64,000 nt of DNA. Origin: an uncultured Candidatus Saccharibacteria bacterium (GTDB lineage Bacteria > Patescibacteriota > Doudnabacteria > UBA920). Shown piece by piece: positions 48,837 to 58,431 of the stretch (positions are counted from its first letter, which is position 1; every line of letters begins with the position of its first letter). The notes under the pieces are model-generated. The model did not search any database. It was not told where the DNA came from and saw only the letters and a list, made by a program, of their open reading frames with translations. The position numbers and the translations under genes were made by a program. The stretch is from NCBI GenBank assembly GCA_964473815.1, contig CAYYQK010000004.1:68493-132492 (forward strand), given 5' to 3'.

Positions 48837-49178
48837 TTATATTTTTACTCCCTGACTTTTCAGATGTAGCTTTATTTTTTCTACGTCTTTCATGGTTGCT
48901 CGGATATCTTCGTCTGATCGTTTATCTAATTTAGTGACCTTATCTTTCACATCTTTCAAATCGATTTTGATTTCAGCTATCTCACCATCAACACGTGCGA
49001 ACCTAAAGTTCATTTCACTGCGCAATTCCGCAAGTTCTGCCTTGGTAGCGAGACCCTTCAAGTCGTCCTTTGTGGCCAGGCCCTTCAAGTCTTTTTTAGT
49101 GGCAAGACTTTTGAGTTCATCTTTGGTCGCGAGGGTCGCGAATTGCTCTATTAAAAATTCGGTAAGTTCTTTGTCCAT
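48837..49178 (-). CDS. Coiled-coil protein with four 9-aa LATKxxLKx repeats
   Basis: LATKDELKS LATKKDLKG LATKDDLKG LATKAELAE. Confidence 0.75.
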   Translation of the reverse strand: MDKELTEFLIEQFATLATKDELKSLATKKDLKGLATKDDLKGLATKAELAELRSEMNFRFARVDGEIAEIKIDLKDVKDKVTKLDKRSDEDIRATMKDVEKIKLHLKSQGVKI

Positions 49179-49482
49179 AAATTAATTATATCATGGTGTC
49201 TAGTGAGGTCTGAGATAAAGTTTTACTGAATTTTTAAAGTCGAATTTATGGCTTATTTATAAGAGATTTGGTAATTTTTATTTGACAAACTTCCCTGCCT
49301 CGTGCTATAATCAATTTACAGTTTTCAAATGGCTGTTTATGTGCCGACAACAAGTCGGTTCAAACGTAAGCTCACATTTGGCAATTGTGACCAGAAAGGC
49401 GGCCCCGGAAGCCACTTTCCTCACAGAAATAAATATCAATTAAATAGGTTTTTGTATTGCCGCAAATTCCTGAACAAGAAAT

Positions 49483-51303
49483 ATGATAAGAAAACCTCTC
49501 GGGTCGAGTACCCGACCGGCGCGCCGAGTACCAACTTCAGGCTCTCGCCCCGCGCCCCGCTCAGTTGCTGACCGCGGCACAGATCGCGCTAATAGCCGTA
49601 TCACCGCTCCAACTGGCAACTCCAAAGCGACTTTGTCGCGCAACGTTCTTCGCGTAATCCCGCTCGGCGGTCTTGAAGAAGTCGGTGCCAACATGATGGC
49701 TTATGAATACGGCGATGACATTATCATCGTTGATGCTGGTTTTGCGTTTCCAGACGAAACCACTCCTGGTATTGACTACATCATCCCGGAAACAAAATAT
49801 TTGGAAGATCGCAAGAAAAATATTCGCGCGATGTTCATCACTCATGGACACATGGACCACATTGGTGCTATTCCCTACTTGCTTGCTAAGCTAGGTGATC
49901 CTCCAATTTACACCATGACTTTGTCTGCGGGTATGATCAAAAAGCGTTTGGAAGAATTTAACTTGCAAGGCCGCGTAAAGTTAAACGCGTTAAGCGTTGA
50001 TGACATGGTTCCTGCTGGAAATTTCCAAGTACGATTTTTCTCTGTGAACCACAACATTCCAGATTCTGTAGGTCTATCTATTAATACACCGATTGGTCAG
50101 ATCATTCACACTGGTGACTGGAAATTTGACCACACTCCAATTAACGAACGCGTCACCGACTTCCACCGCATTGCTACTTTTGGTAGCCAAGGTGTGCTGG
50201 CTTTGATGTCAGACTCTACCAACGCAACCAAACCTGGTTACTGTTTGTCTGAGCGTGAAATTGGAACTAGCATCGAACGAATTTTCTCCGAAAGCAAAGG
50301 CCGCATTATTTTTGCGAGCTTCTCTTCGTTGATTTCACGTATGCAACAAGTTATGGACTTTGCTGCCCAGCACAATCGTAAAGTGATTGTTACTGGTCGC
50401 TCTATGGTTAATACTCTAGAAACTGCGCTATCACTTGGATACCTCAAAATTCAGCCAAAAATTATTATCAAATCTGAACAAGCGAGTAAATATCCTGATA
50501 ACCAAATTCTGGTGTTAACCACAGGTGCGCAAGGTGAAGAAGCCTCACAGCTGGCCCGCATGTCGCGTGGCGAACATCGCTCTATTAAAATCAAAAAGGG
50601 TGATACAGTAGTGATTTCTTCATCCCCTATTCCTGGTAATGAACGCTCGATTGTGGCGGTTTTAGACAACTTAACTCGCCAAGGCGCAACTGTTATTTAC
50701 AACAAAGTTTTGGACATTCACACCTCTGGGCACGCTCAGCAGGAAGAATTAAAGATGATGATGCAGTTAACCAAGCCAAAATATTTTGTTCCGATTCATG
50801 GTGAGCACCACATGTTGGCTGCGCACTCGAAGTTGGCGCAAAGCATTGGTCTTGCCGAAAATAACTGTTTTGTTTTGGAAAATGGCTCGGTATTAGAATT
50901 TAATGCTAATGGCGAAGCTAAAGTCTTAAATGAAAAAGTTGAATCCGGTTACGTCTTCGTTGACGGTTTGGGTGTTGGTGATGTTGGTGAAGTTGTAATT
51001 CGCGATCGTCAGGTAATGGCACAAGATGGAATGTTTGTAATTATTTCTACGGTTGATCGTAGCAATGGTAAGCTAACTTCCCCACCAGAAATTCTGTCGC
51101 GTGGATTCGTGTATATGAAAAACAATGATGATCTCATTCGTGAAGTTAAACACGAAATTCGCAAGATGATCGAAAATACTGGGGGCAAAGGTGAAGCGAA
51201 CTATGCGGACATTCGTCAGCAGATTCGCGACAGCGTTGGCGAATATCTTTTCCAAAAGACTCAGCGTCGTCCAATGATCCTGCCAGTTATTATTGAAGTT
51301 TAA
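49483..51303 (+). CDS. rnj: Ribonuclease J
   Basis: PLGGLEEVGANM, THGHMDHIG, HTGDWK, HTSGHA, PIHGE, RRPMILPVIIEV. Confidence 0.97.
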   Translation: MIRKPLGSSTRPARRVPTSGSRPAPRSVADRGTDRANSRITAPTGNSKATLSRNVLRVIPLGGLEEVGANMMAYEYGDDIIIVDAGFAFPDETTPGIDYIIPETKYLEDRKKNIRAMFITHGHMDHIGAIPYLLAKLGDPPIYTMTLSAGMIKKRLEEFNLQGRVKLNALSVDDMVPAGNFQVRFFSVNHNIPDSVGLSINTPIGQIIHTGDWKFDHTPINERVTDFHRIATFGSQGVLALMSDSTNATKPGYCLSEREIGTSIERIFSESKGRIIFASFSSLISRMQQVMDFAAQHNRKVIVTGRSMVNTLETALSLGYLKIQPKIIIKSEQASKYPDNQILVLTTGAQGEEASQLARMSRGEHRSIKIKKGDTVVISSSPIPGNERSIVAVLDNLTRQGATVIYNKVLDIHTSGHAQQEELKMMMQLTKPKYFVPIHGEHHMLAAHSKLAQSIGLAENNCFVLENGSVLEFNANGEAKVLNEKVESGYVFVDGLGVGDVGEVVIRDRQVMAQDGMFVIISTVDRSNGKLTSPPEILSRGFVYMKNNDDLIREVKHEIRKMIENTGGKGEANYADIRQQIRDSVGEYLFQKTQRRPMILPVIIEV

Positions 51304-51412
51304 TTGATAGGCGGAAAAGTTTTCCGCCCTTCAAGTGCACATCAAGAAAGTTTATTGTACTTACTAGTTCGCAAAATTATTGATAGAGACTGAAGTAAAA
51401 CAAAGGCTTTCA

Positions 51413-51469
51413 CAAAAAGAAGAGCGGCGGACAACATTTGCAAATTGCAATTGTTGCCGCCGCTTTTTT
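51413..51469. terminator. Bidirectional intrinsic terminator
   Basis: AAGAGCGGCGG.CAACA/TGTTGCCGCCGCTTTTTT. Confidence 0.7.
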
Positions 51470-51473
51470 GTTA

Positions 51474-51671
51474 TTAGCGATCGAAGCCATGACGGTGTTC
51501 GAATCCGTAACTATCCTCCTGAAGATCCGGGACAGAACCTGCGCCGGCGTATGCATTCCCAGACATGGGGCAAACCTCAGACGAGGTGGAACTGACATCG
51601 TGGTTCTCGACTGTGTCGTCCGGTCTCAAGGAAGTTCGATTACCGCATTGCGGACATGTAACATTTCTCAT
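51474..51671 (-). CDS. Small zinc-finger-like protein 3 (CxxC..H..C)
   Basis: CPQCGNRTSLRPDDTVENH...CPMSG; GGAG upstream. Confidence 0.6.
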   Translation of the reverse strand: MRNVTCPQCGNRTSLRPDDTVENHDVSSTSSEVCPMSGNAYAGAGSVPDLQEDSYGFEHRHGFDR

Positions 51672-51685
51672 ATGCACTCCGTTGT

Positions 51686-51868
51686 TTAATGGTTTTCATC
51701 AAGGATGCGCAAGGCGAAAAAATCTTCGCCACCCAAGCAACACGGTTTGTTATCACTTGGTTGCGGATGCGGTGGAATGGTTGCGGATTTTTTATCATCC
51801 TCAACGTGAATATCGAGATTCAAGATCTCGGTACAAAACAGGCTCGGACAATCTCTTTGTTCAATCAT
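51686..51868 (-). CDS. Small zinc-finger-like protein 2
   Basis: CPSLFC...IPPH...NKPCCLGG; GAGGGG upstream. Confidence 0.5.
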   Translation of the reverse strand: MIEQRDCPSLFCTEILNLDIHVEDDKKSATIPPHPQPSDNKPCCLGGEDFFALRILDENH

Positions 51869-51893
51869 ATTTATCCCCTCTCTAAATGTAGAA

Positions 51894-52106
51894 CTAGAAT
51901 GGCTCGCCACCAGGTGACGGCTGTGCGTCACACGGAGGCATTGAATTGACCCCTTGTATTGCTAACTCGGCTGAGTTCGCCGGATTTTTCTTTCGACCAT
52001 CACACGGTTTGTTGTTACGCTGATCGAGATGCTCTTCCACGGTTTGATCAGGCCTAACACTCAACCCGTTCTTACCGCACACTGCACAGACTCCTAAATA
52101 GGCCAT
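51894..52106 (-). CDS. Small zinc-finger-like protein 1
   Basis: CAVCGKNGLSVRPDQTVEEH...NKPCDG; AAGGGGGT upstream. Confidence 0.6.
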   Translation of the reverse strand: MAYLGVCAVCGKNGLSVRPDQTVEEHLDQRNNKPCDGRKKNPANSAELAIQGVNSMPPCDAQPSPGGEPF

Positions 52107-52169
52107 GGTGTCTACCCCCTTTGGTGAATTTATTCACCAGTTTAGCTGATTTTATGCTAAAATGTCAAC

Positions 52170-53123
52170 ATGGAAACAATACTTTCAGGCGTTCAGGCCA
52201 CAGGCCGAATGCATATCGGTAACTATTTGGGGGCGCTGAAGCAATTCGTAGACATTCAAAATGAAGGCAAATTGCAATGCTATTTTTTCGTCGCTGATTT
52301 ACACGCCTTAACTGTGCCGCGCGAACCAAAAAAACTTCGCCAGGATACTTTAGAAGTGGTGGCAGAATATATTGCTGCTGGTCTCGACCCAAAAAAGTCA
52401 GTAATTTTTATCCAAAATCATGTTTTAGAACATGCTGAACTGGCTTGGATTTTTGATTGTCTCATTTCGGTTGGGGAACTCGAACGAATGACTCAGTTTA
52501 AAGACAAGGGCGGCGGCAATGCTGGCTTACTCACCTATCCGGTTCTTATGGCAGCTGACATTTTATTATACAAACCAAACTTTGTGCCAGTTGGTGAAGA
52601 CCAGGTGCAACATATTGAACTCACTCGCATCATTGCGCGTAAGTTTAACAATCAATTTGGAAAAGTTTTCCCAGAACCAAAACCTTTTGTCCGCAAACCT
52701 CTGCGCTTAATGAGCCTGAAAAATCCATCAAAGAAGATGAGCAAGACTGGCGATGATCCCATTTACATGGACGACACGCCAAGCGATGTTGAAGCAAAGT
52801 TAAAAAAAGCCGTGACTGCAAGCGGCGGTGAAGGTGGCGCAGGTGTAGAAAATTTGATGTTCCTTCTCGAACAATTCGGCAGCAAAGAAAATGTTGGCCA
52901 ATTCCGCGGAGCAATTAAGGACGGTTCAATTCGCTATAGCGATTTAAAGATGGAACTCGCCCACTCAATTGCTGATTACTTTGCAGACTTCCGTAAGCGC
53001 AAAAAAGAATTGCTCAATGATAAAGCTGGGTTGGCAGAAATTCTGGCAGATGGCGCAGAGCGAGCCCGGGAGATCGCCCACGAAACAATGCTTGAAGTCA
53101 AACAAAAAACCGGCCTGCTATAA
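52170..53123 (+). CDS. trpS: Tryptophan--tRNA ligase
   Basis: HIGN, ADLHA, YPVLMAADILLY, VPVGEDQ, KMSK. Confidence 0.98.
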   Translation: METILSGVQATGRMHIGNYLGALKQFVDIQNEGKLQCYFFVADLHALTVPREPKKLRQDTLEVVAEYIAAGLDPKKSVIFIQNHVLEHAELAWIFDCLISVGELERMTQFKDKGGGNAGLLTYPVLMAADILLYKPNFVPVGEDQVQHIELTRIIARKFNNQFGKVFPEPKPFVRKPLRLMSLKNPSKKMSKTGDDPIYMDDTPSDVEAKLKKAVTASGGEGGAGVENLMFLLEQFGSKENVGQFRGAIKDGSIRYSDLKMELAHSIADYFADFRKRKKELLNDKAGLAEILADGAERAREIAHETMLEVKQKTGLL

Positions 53124-53149
53124 GCAAGTCGGTTTTTCAATATCTATAA

Positions 53150-53608
53150 TTAAATTGCTGTTGCCGGAGGAGTCGGAGTGCTGATTGGAGCTACTGGTGT
53201 TCCCACTTCTTTAAATGCCAGGAAGTAAAGCATTATCAAATTGATCGGACTGATCAGCATGAGAAGTGCCCACCACCATGGACGATTGCGAACTTCAGCA
53301 ATTTTCATCCAGATCCAGAAAATTACACCAATATTAACCAGTGGCACGAACATGGCTAGGATCCACCAGTACGACTGACGGATAATGTTTAGCATTAAGA
53401 AAATATTAGCAATCGGAATCCAAGCGAGCCAAGGGTTTGGTGTATTGGTTTTCTTGGCGATTTCTTGCAGGCAGTAAGCCGAGTATAAATAAATGGCTAA
53501 AATTATTACTACAAATACTAGTACCGCTACAGGGCTCATGGGTGTAGAAGTAGTTGTTGATACATTTGGACTAACTACACTAGAATAGTCGATTGAATTA
53601 TCCGGCAT
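53150..53608 (-). CDS. Membrane protein (DUF5684-like)
   Basis: AKK...WLAWIPIAN..L, repeated WW.L..P.N motif. Confidence 0.7.
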   Translation of the reverse strand: MPDNSIDYSSVVSPNVSTTTSTPMSPVAVLVFVVIILAIYLYSAYCLQEIAKKTNTPNPWLAWIPIANIFLMLNIIRQSYWWILAMFVPLVNIGVIFWIWMKIAEVRNRPWWWALLMLISPINLIMLYFLAFKEVGTPVAPISTPTPPATAI

Positions 53609-53660
53609 GATTTTTTATTGATTTAATTAATTACCTCTTAATTATAGCAGATTTTAAATA

Positions 53661-55031
53661 TTAGTTGCGAATGATTGCCAAAATTTCATCACGCTTGGAT
53701 TCCATAATAGAAGGATCTTTGGCTTCCACAATCAGACGAATCAACGGCTCAGTGTTTGAGGCTCGGACTGAAAACCAATAATCTGGATATGAAACCTTAA
53801 CGCCATCGATAGTGACCTGATGACCATCGCTATATTTCTCTTTGATCTCTTCAACTTTTGCATCAACTTCTTCACAACTAGCGACTTTAGTATTCACTTC
53901 CCCGCTCGATACATAACGTTTGTAGTGTGCGACTATTTCTGAAAGCGGTTTATCTTGCTGTGACAACCAGGCCAACAATTTGATTACCAATAAAGTAGGA
54001 GCTTCGTAAGTTCCCCATGGCAAACGGAAAAAATAATGGCCGGAAATTTCGCCACCAAATACAGCATTGTGCTTTACCATGTAACTTTTGATAATCGAGT
54101 GGCCAACCGGTGTTTCTACAAGAGTTGAATTTGGAAATTCTTCGGGAATTAAATTGCCCAAACGGATTTCGTACGCCAACGGGTCGCTTGGATTTTCTTC
54201 TGCTTCAATATGTGCAATGATTGTATACAAAATTGGTGAAGGAACTGTTTCCCCTTTTTCATCAATGACGAATACACGATCACTGTCGCCATCGCTGGCA
54301 ATACCTAGGTTCGCCTGTTCGACGACTACACGCTTACGGAGGTCTTCGGTATTTTCAGGCTTGAGCGGGTCAGCTTCATGAGCAGGAAAAGTACCATCAA
54401 GTTCAAAATTCATTTTTATAAACTCGCCAGGAATATGATTAAATAATGCGCCGTAGTCAGTCACGCCCATCGCGTTAGCAGTGTCGATGACAATCTTGAA
54501 CGGTTTAATTTCCGGATTCTTGGCAAACTTCAAAAATTCTGGGATAGCAATTTCTTCCACTTGGTTTTTAACTTCCAAAGTCCCTTGGGTTTCTGCGAGA
54601 GGTTCAAAATCTTCTTCTAAAATTTGTCGGCGCATCTCATAAATACCGCTATCCCCGCCTACGGCAATTCCTTTTTGCCGAACCATTTTAAAACCATTGT
54701 ATTCAGCCGGGTTGTGCGATGCAGAAACTTGCACACCGCCATCTAAATTAAAATAACCAATTGCAAAATAGTAAGTCGGCGTAGAAATTGTGCCAACATC
54801 AACAACATTAATACCACTATCACGCAAACCTTTAATAATTTGCTCCTTGAGCGCTGGAGTGGAAATGCGCATATCCCCACCAACACCAATGGTTAGTTGG
54901 CGACCGGGATTTTCGCGGATCATTAAAGTGGCGAAAGAGCGGCCAATTGCGTAAGCGCCGGTTTCATCAATTTGAGTCGGATAAACAGCGCGAATATCGT
55001 AAGCTTTGAAAATACTTGGTTCTATCTGCAT
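53661..55031 (-). CDS. Phosphomannomutase/phosphoglucomutase
   Basis: FKAYDIR, SASHNP, DGDSDR, GEISGH, RASNTEP. Confidence 0.95.
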   Translation of the reverse strand: MQIEPSIFKAYDIRAVYPTQIDETGAYAIGRSFATLMIRENPGRQLTIGVGGDMRISTPALKEQIIKGLRDSGINVVDVGTISTPTYYFAIGYFNLDGGVQVSASHNPAEYNGFKMVRQKGIAVGGDSGIYEMRRQILEEDFEPLAETQGTLEVKNQVEEIAIPEFLKFAKNPEIKPFKIVIDTANAMGVTDYGALFNHIPGEFIKMNFELDGTFPAHEADPLKPENTEDLRKRVVVEQANLGIASDGDSDRVFVIDEKGETVPSPILYTIIAHIEAEENPSDPLAYEIRLGNLIPEEFPNSTLVETPVGHSIIKSYMVKHNAVFGGEISGHYFFRLPWGTYEAPTLLVIKLLAWLSQQDKPLSEIVAHYKRYVSSGEVNTKVASCEEVDAKVEEIKEKYSDGHQVTIDGVKVSYPDYWFSVRASNTEPLIRLIVEAKDPSIMESKRDEILAIIRN

Positions 55032-55118
55032 AAATTCCTTTCTGTAAAAAGTATAGCAAAAATAAAATCGGCTGGCACAAGGGCGGCCAGCCGATCGGAA
55101 AAACTTTGAAACTTTGTA

Positions 55119-55346
55119 TTACTGCGCGACGAGCGCACGGACCTCAGGCACTGTGAAGGCCTGACTAAAGCCGGTGTCGGTTTTGAGCACAATGCTCTCC
55201 CGATCGGCGCCCAGATGCGATGCCCGGAAAAATCGGGACGCTCGTATATTTGGGAGGAGTTGCTTTGCTGATACTTCCCCGTCGGGAATTTGCCGACCGA
55301 GATCTATCATGTGGAGGTTAGTTAACTGCGCGAGATTTGATCCCAT
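55119..55346 (-). CDS. Small hypothetical protein (orphan)
   Basis: 75-aa ORF with AGAGGA upstream and a terminator hairpin at about 55063-55095. Confidence 0.5.
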   Translation of the reverse strand: MGSNLAQLTNLHMIDLGRQIPDGEVSAKQLLPNIRASRFFRASHLGADRESIVLKTDTGFSQAFTVPEVRALVAQ

Positions 55347-55479
55347 ACAAAAGTTTTCCTCTTTATTTATATAGATTCAGCTCCAAAATTGAGCTGCAGA
55401 TCTCACTATACAATAAATTTGGATAAATGTAAAGGCCCTCCACGTAAATCATGTGGAAGGCCTTCCTGCTAAACGCGTC

Positions 55480-55644
55480 TCAACGACGCTTATTAAAACC
55501 TGCTGTTGGGGTAGAATGAATGTCTCGTTCGGCCATGAACCTTAGCTGTCGCTGCTTCCATTTATTGCGTGGTTTTTGCGGCATGTTTGTATAGGGCTGT
55601 TTTGGTTCGCGTTCATCCTTTTCTACCACAGGTCTCTTTGGCAT
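55480..55644 (-). CDS. Small basic hypothetical protein (orphan, SD)
   Basis: AAGGAG before MPKRPVVEK; hairpin at about 55432-55464. Confidence 0.5.
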   Translation of the reverse strand: MPKRPVVEKDEREPKQPYTNMPQKPRNKWKQRQLRFMAERDIHSTPTAGFNKRR

Positions 55645-55760
55645 ATACTTCTCCTTCAGTTTGGGTTGGGATTCAATCAGTGTCTGATTGCCAGGGCGAC
55701 AATCAGAACCAAATATATCAAATCTAGCCAAAAACGTCCAGTTCGGCTACAATAAAGGCT

Positions 55761-56876
55761 ATGTCATTTCAAATTGGGATTGTGGGTTTGCCGAATGTAG
55801 GTAAATCAACACTATTTAACGCTATTACTAAGTCGTCTGTGGAGGCGGCCAATTATCCGTTTGCGACCATTGATCCGAACGTGGGGGTGGTTGCTGTACC
55901 AGATGAACGTCTGGCAAAGTTGGCTATACAAGAAAAGTCAGCTAAGATTGTGCCGACAACTATTGAGTTTGTAGATATAGCTGGGTTGGTTAGTGGCGCG
56001 CATAAGGGCGAAGGTTTGGGAAATCAGTTTTTGTCGCACATCCGAGAGGTTGATGCGATTTTAGAAGTCGCTCGCCTATTTACCGATGATGATATTATTC
56101 ACGTTAATGGCAGTGTTGATGCGCGCCGCGACATCGACACAATTGGCATTGAACTGCAGTTGGCCGATTTGCAGAATGTTGAAAAACGGTTGCAATCTAA
56201 CGAAAAGTTGATGAAGTCCGGTGACCGCGATGCAAAAATCCGCCAAGGTGTTTTGGAAAAATATAAAGTTGCTCTTGAGGCTGGTAATATGGCAAATTCA
56301 GTTGAGTTAAGTGATGAAGAGCGCGCGGCGAGCAAAGACGTACAGTTGCTCACAACCAAGCCGTTCATCTTGGCTGCGAATTCGACTTACAATATTTCCA
56401 CCAAAAAATATGAGGATGCGAATGGTAAAGATATTGATACATCAAATTTGAAAGCCAATGCTGGTAGCAATTTTGGTGATGTAATTTTAGTTGATGCAAA
56501 ATTGGAAACTGAATTGGCGCAGTTGGACGACGCTGATCGTGATGAATATTTAAAAGATTTAGGATTGAGCGAAAGCGGTTTGGATCGAATTATTACTGCG
56601 GCATACAAAACTTTGGGATTAGTGACTTTTATCACTGCTGGTGAAATGGAGAGTAAAGCTTGGACATGTCCGGCCGGTACTAAGGCTCCGCAAGCCGCCG
56701 GCGTGATACACACAGACTTTGAACAAGGCTTTATTCGCGCGGAAGTAATTCAGTGGGACAAGCTCCTCGAAGCCGGCGGCTACGTTGCAGCCAAAGAAAA
56801 GGGCTGGCTTCGAGTGGAAGGTAAAGAGTACGTCGTTCAAGACGGCGACGTGGTGCACTTTCGATTCGCGAACTAA
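55761..56876 (+). CDS. ychF: Redox-regulated ATPase YchF
   Basis: GLPNVGKST, ANYPFATI, DIAGLV, GEGLGNQFL, IHTDFE, DGDVVHFRF. Confidence 0.98.
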   Translation: MSFQIGIVGLPNVGKSTLFNAITKSSVEAANYPFATIDPNVGVVAVPDERLAKLAIQEKSAKIVPTTIEFVDIAGLVSGAHKGEGLGNQFLSHIREVDAILEVARLFTDDDIIHVNGSVDARRDIDTIGIELQLADLQNVEKRLQSNEKLMKSGDRDAKIRQGVLEKYKVALEAGNMANSVELSDEERAASKDVQLLTTKPFILAANSTYNISTKKYEDANGKDIDTSNLKANAGSNFGDVILVDAKLETELAQLDDADRDEYLKDLGLSESGLDRIITAAYKTLGLVTFITAGEMESKAWTCPAGTKAPQAAGVIHTDFEQGFIRAEVIQWDKLLEAGGYVAAKEKGWLRVEGKEYVVQDGDVVHFRFAN

Positions 56877-57072
56877 CACTGGACAAAATCCCCTATATTT
56901 GCTAGAATTTAGGAAATTTGGAGAAATCTTTAGCGAAACTTGAGAAAAACTTTAAGTTTTCTTGAGTACCATTCAGGCACAATATAGTTAAGGCCTTTAT
57001 CAAGACTATTAACTAAACTGCCTATGGAGCACCTCAGCTAAGAGTTTCTGCAAACATCAAATAATTAATATT

Positions 57073-57116
57073 CTCTGCAACAATTGGGTTGTAGAGATAA
57101 GGAGCAATTCCTTATG
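57073..57116 (+). promoter_or_regulatory. Putative rpsF leader: two hairpins, the second sequestering the SD and start codon
   Basis: CTCTGCAAC/GTTGTAGAG then ATAAGGA-GCAAT-TCCTTAT(G). Confidence 0.5.
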
Positions 57117-57647
57117 CCGAGATATGAATTGATGTACATTCTCGCATCGAGTGTATCTGATGATCAGGTACCTCAAACCGCTCAAAATATTGAGCAGTTC
57201 GTCAGTGACAATGGCGGCACTGACATTTCCCACGAACAGTTGGGAAAAAAGAAACTCGCCTACCCTATCAAAAAAACTCGTAACGGTCACTACGGCGTGA
57301 TTAATTTCACCGCCGAAGGCAATGCTGCGAACGCTCTTGATGCAAAGTTGCGCACCCAAAAGGCAACGGTTATTCGTCATATCATTGTGAACATGGACGA
57401 ACACTTGGAACGCTTAGAAAAAGATAAAGAAGCTCAAGCCAAGATGAATCGTAATCGCCCACCAGAACGCATCGCTCAAGACAAACTTGAAGCTGAAGGC
57501 AAACTCGCACCACAAACTCCTGCAGTACCGGAACGCAAAGTTGCCCCAGCTAAAGAAGCTCGTGAAGCTAAACCAAAAACTGTAGTAACTGAAGAAGTGC
57601 TTGATGAAGAAATCGAAAAAGCACTCAACGAGGATATTACAAAATAA
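57114..57647 (+). CDS. rpsF: 30S ribosomal protein bS6 with C-terminal extension
   Basis: RYELMYIL, GKKKLAYPIKK, VIRHIIV; rpsF-ssb-rpsR order. Confidence 0.96.
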   Translation: MPRYELMYILASSVSDDQVPQTAQNIEQFVSDNGGTDISHEQLGKKKLAYPIKKTRNGHYGVINFTAEGNAANALDAKLRTQKATVIRHIIVNMDEHLERLEKDKEAQAKMNRNRPPERIAQDKLEAEGKLAPQTPAVPERKVAPAKEAREAKPKTVVTEEVLDEEIEKALNEDITK

Positions 57648-57668
57648 TCAATCCTTAAACTTACAACC

Positions 57669-58151
57669 ATGGATTTAAACAAAGTGATGATCATCGGCCG
57701 CTTAACTCGCGACCCAGAACTGCGCCAAACACCAAACGGTGCCAGCGTTTGCCAAATCGGCCTTGCTACGAACTATGTTTACACCAATCAGCAGACTGGC
57801 CAAAAAGTTGAGCAAGTCGAATACCACAATGTTGTGTTGTGGCGCAAGCTCGCTGAAATTGCTAATCAGTATTTGAAGAAAGGCCGTCGCGTTTACGTTG
57901 AAGGTCGCTTGGCAACCCGCTCTTGGGATGGCCAAGATGGCAAGAAAAACTACAAAACCGAAATCGTTGTCGATAACATGATCATGTTGGATGGCGGTCA
58001 AGGCGGACCTGGCGCTGGCAACGGCGGCTCTCCTGCGAGTAACAACTCGTTCGACAATAACAACTCTAATCAATCTTTCCCTGACGAAGAACTGCCAACC
58101 ATTCAACAAGGCGGCGGCGAAGACATCAGTGTAGAAGATATCCCATTTTAA
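57669..58151 (+). CDS. ssb: Single-stranded DNA-binding protein
   Basis: NKVMIIGRLTRDPELR, C-terminal EDIPF. Confidence 0.98.
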   Translation: MDLNKVMIIGRLTRDPELRQTPNGASVCQIGLATNYVYTNQQTGQKVEQVEYHNVVLWRKLAEIANQYLKKGRRVYVEGRLATRSWDGQDGKKNYKTEIVVDNMIMLDGGQGGPGAGNGGSPASNNSFDNNNSNQSFPDEELPTIQQGGGEDISVEDIPF

Positions 58152-58165
58152 TCTCTTAAATAATT

Positions 58166-58408
58166 ATGGCTTACAACAAGAACAATAATAATAACCAACC
58201 AGTGGTGAAGAAAGTTTGCTACTTCTGCAGCAACAAGATCTCCACTGTAGACTACAAAGATACGCAGACTTTGCGCCGCTTTATGTCACCCCACGCCAAG
58301 ATCCTTGGCCATGCACGTACTGGCACCTGCCCAAAGCACCAGCGTATGGTGACATCTGCTCTCAAACGTGCGCGCCACATGGCTTTATTGCCTTTCGTGG
58401 CTCCTTAA
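58166..58408 (+). CDS. rpsR: 30S ribosomal protein bS18 (Zn-binding type)
   Basis: [30 protein letters not shown]. Confidence 0.97.
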   Translation: MAYNKNNNNNQPVVKKVCYFCSNKISTVDYKDTQTLRRFMSPHAKILGHARTGTCPKHQRMVTSALKRARHMALLPFVAP

Positions 58409-58431
58409 ACTTCCCTTAACGAAAACCAAAC

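Noticed and set aside
49030-49137. 27-nt tandem repeats as a CRISPR array
   Set aside because: Degenerate in-frame coding repeats without spacers; no cas genes
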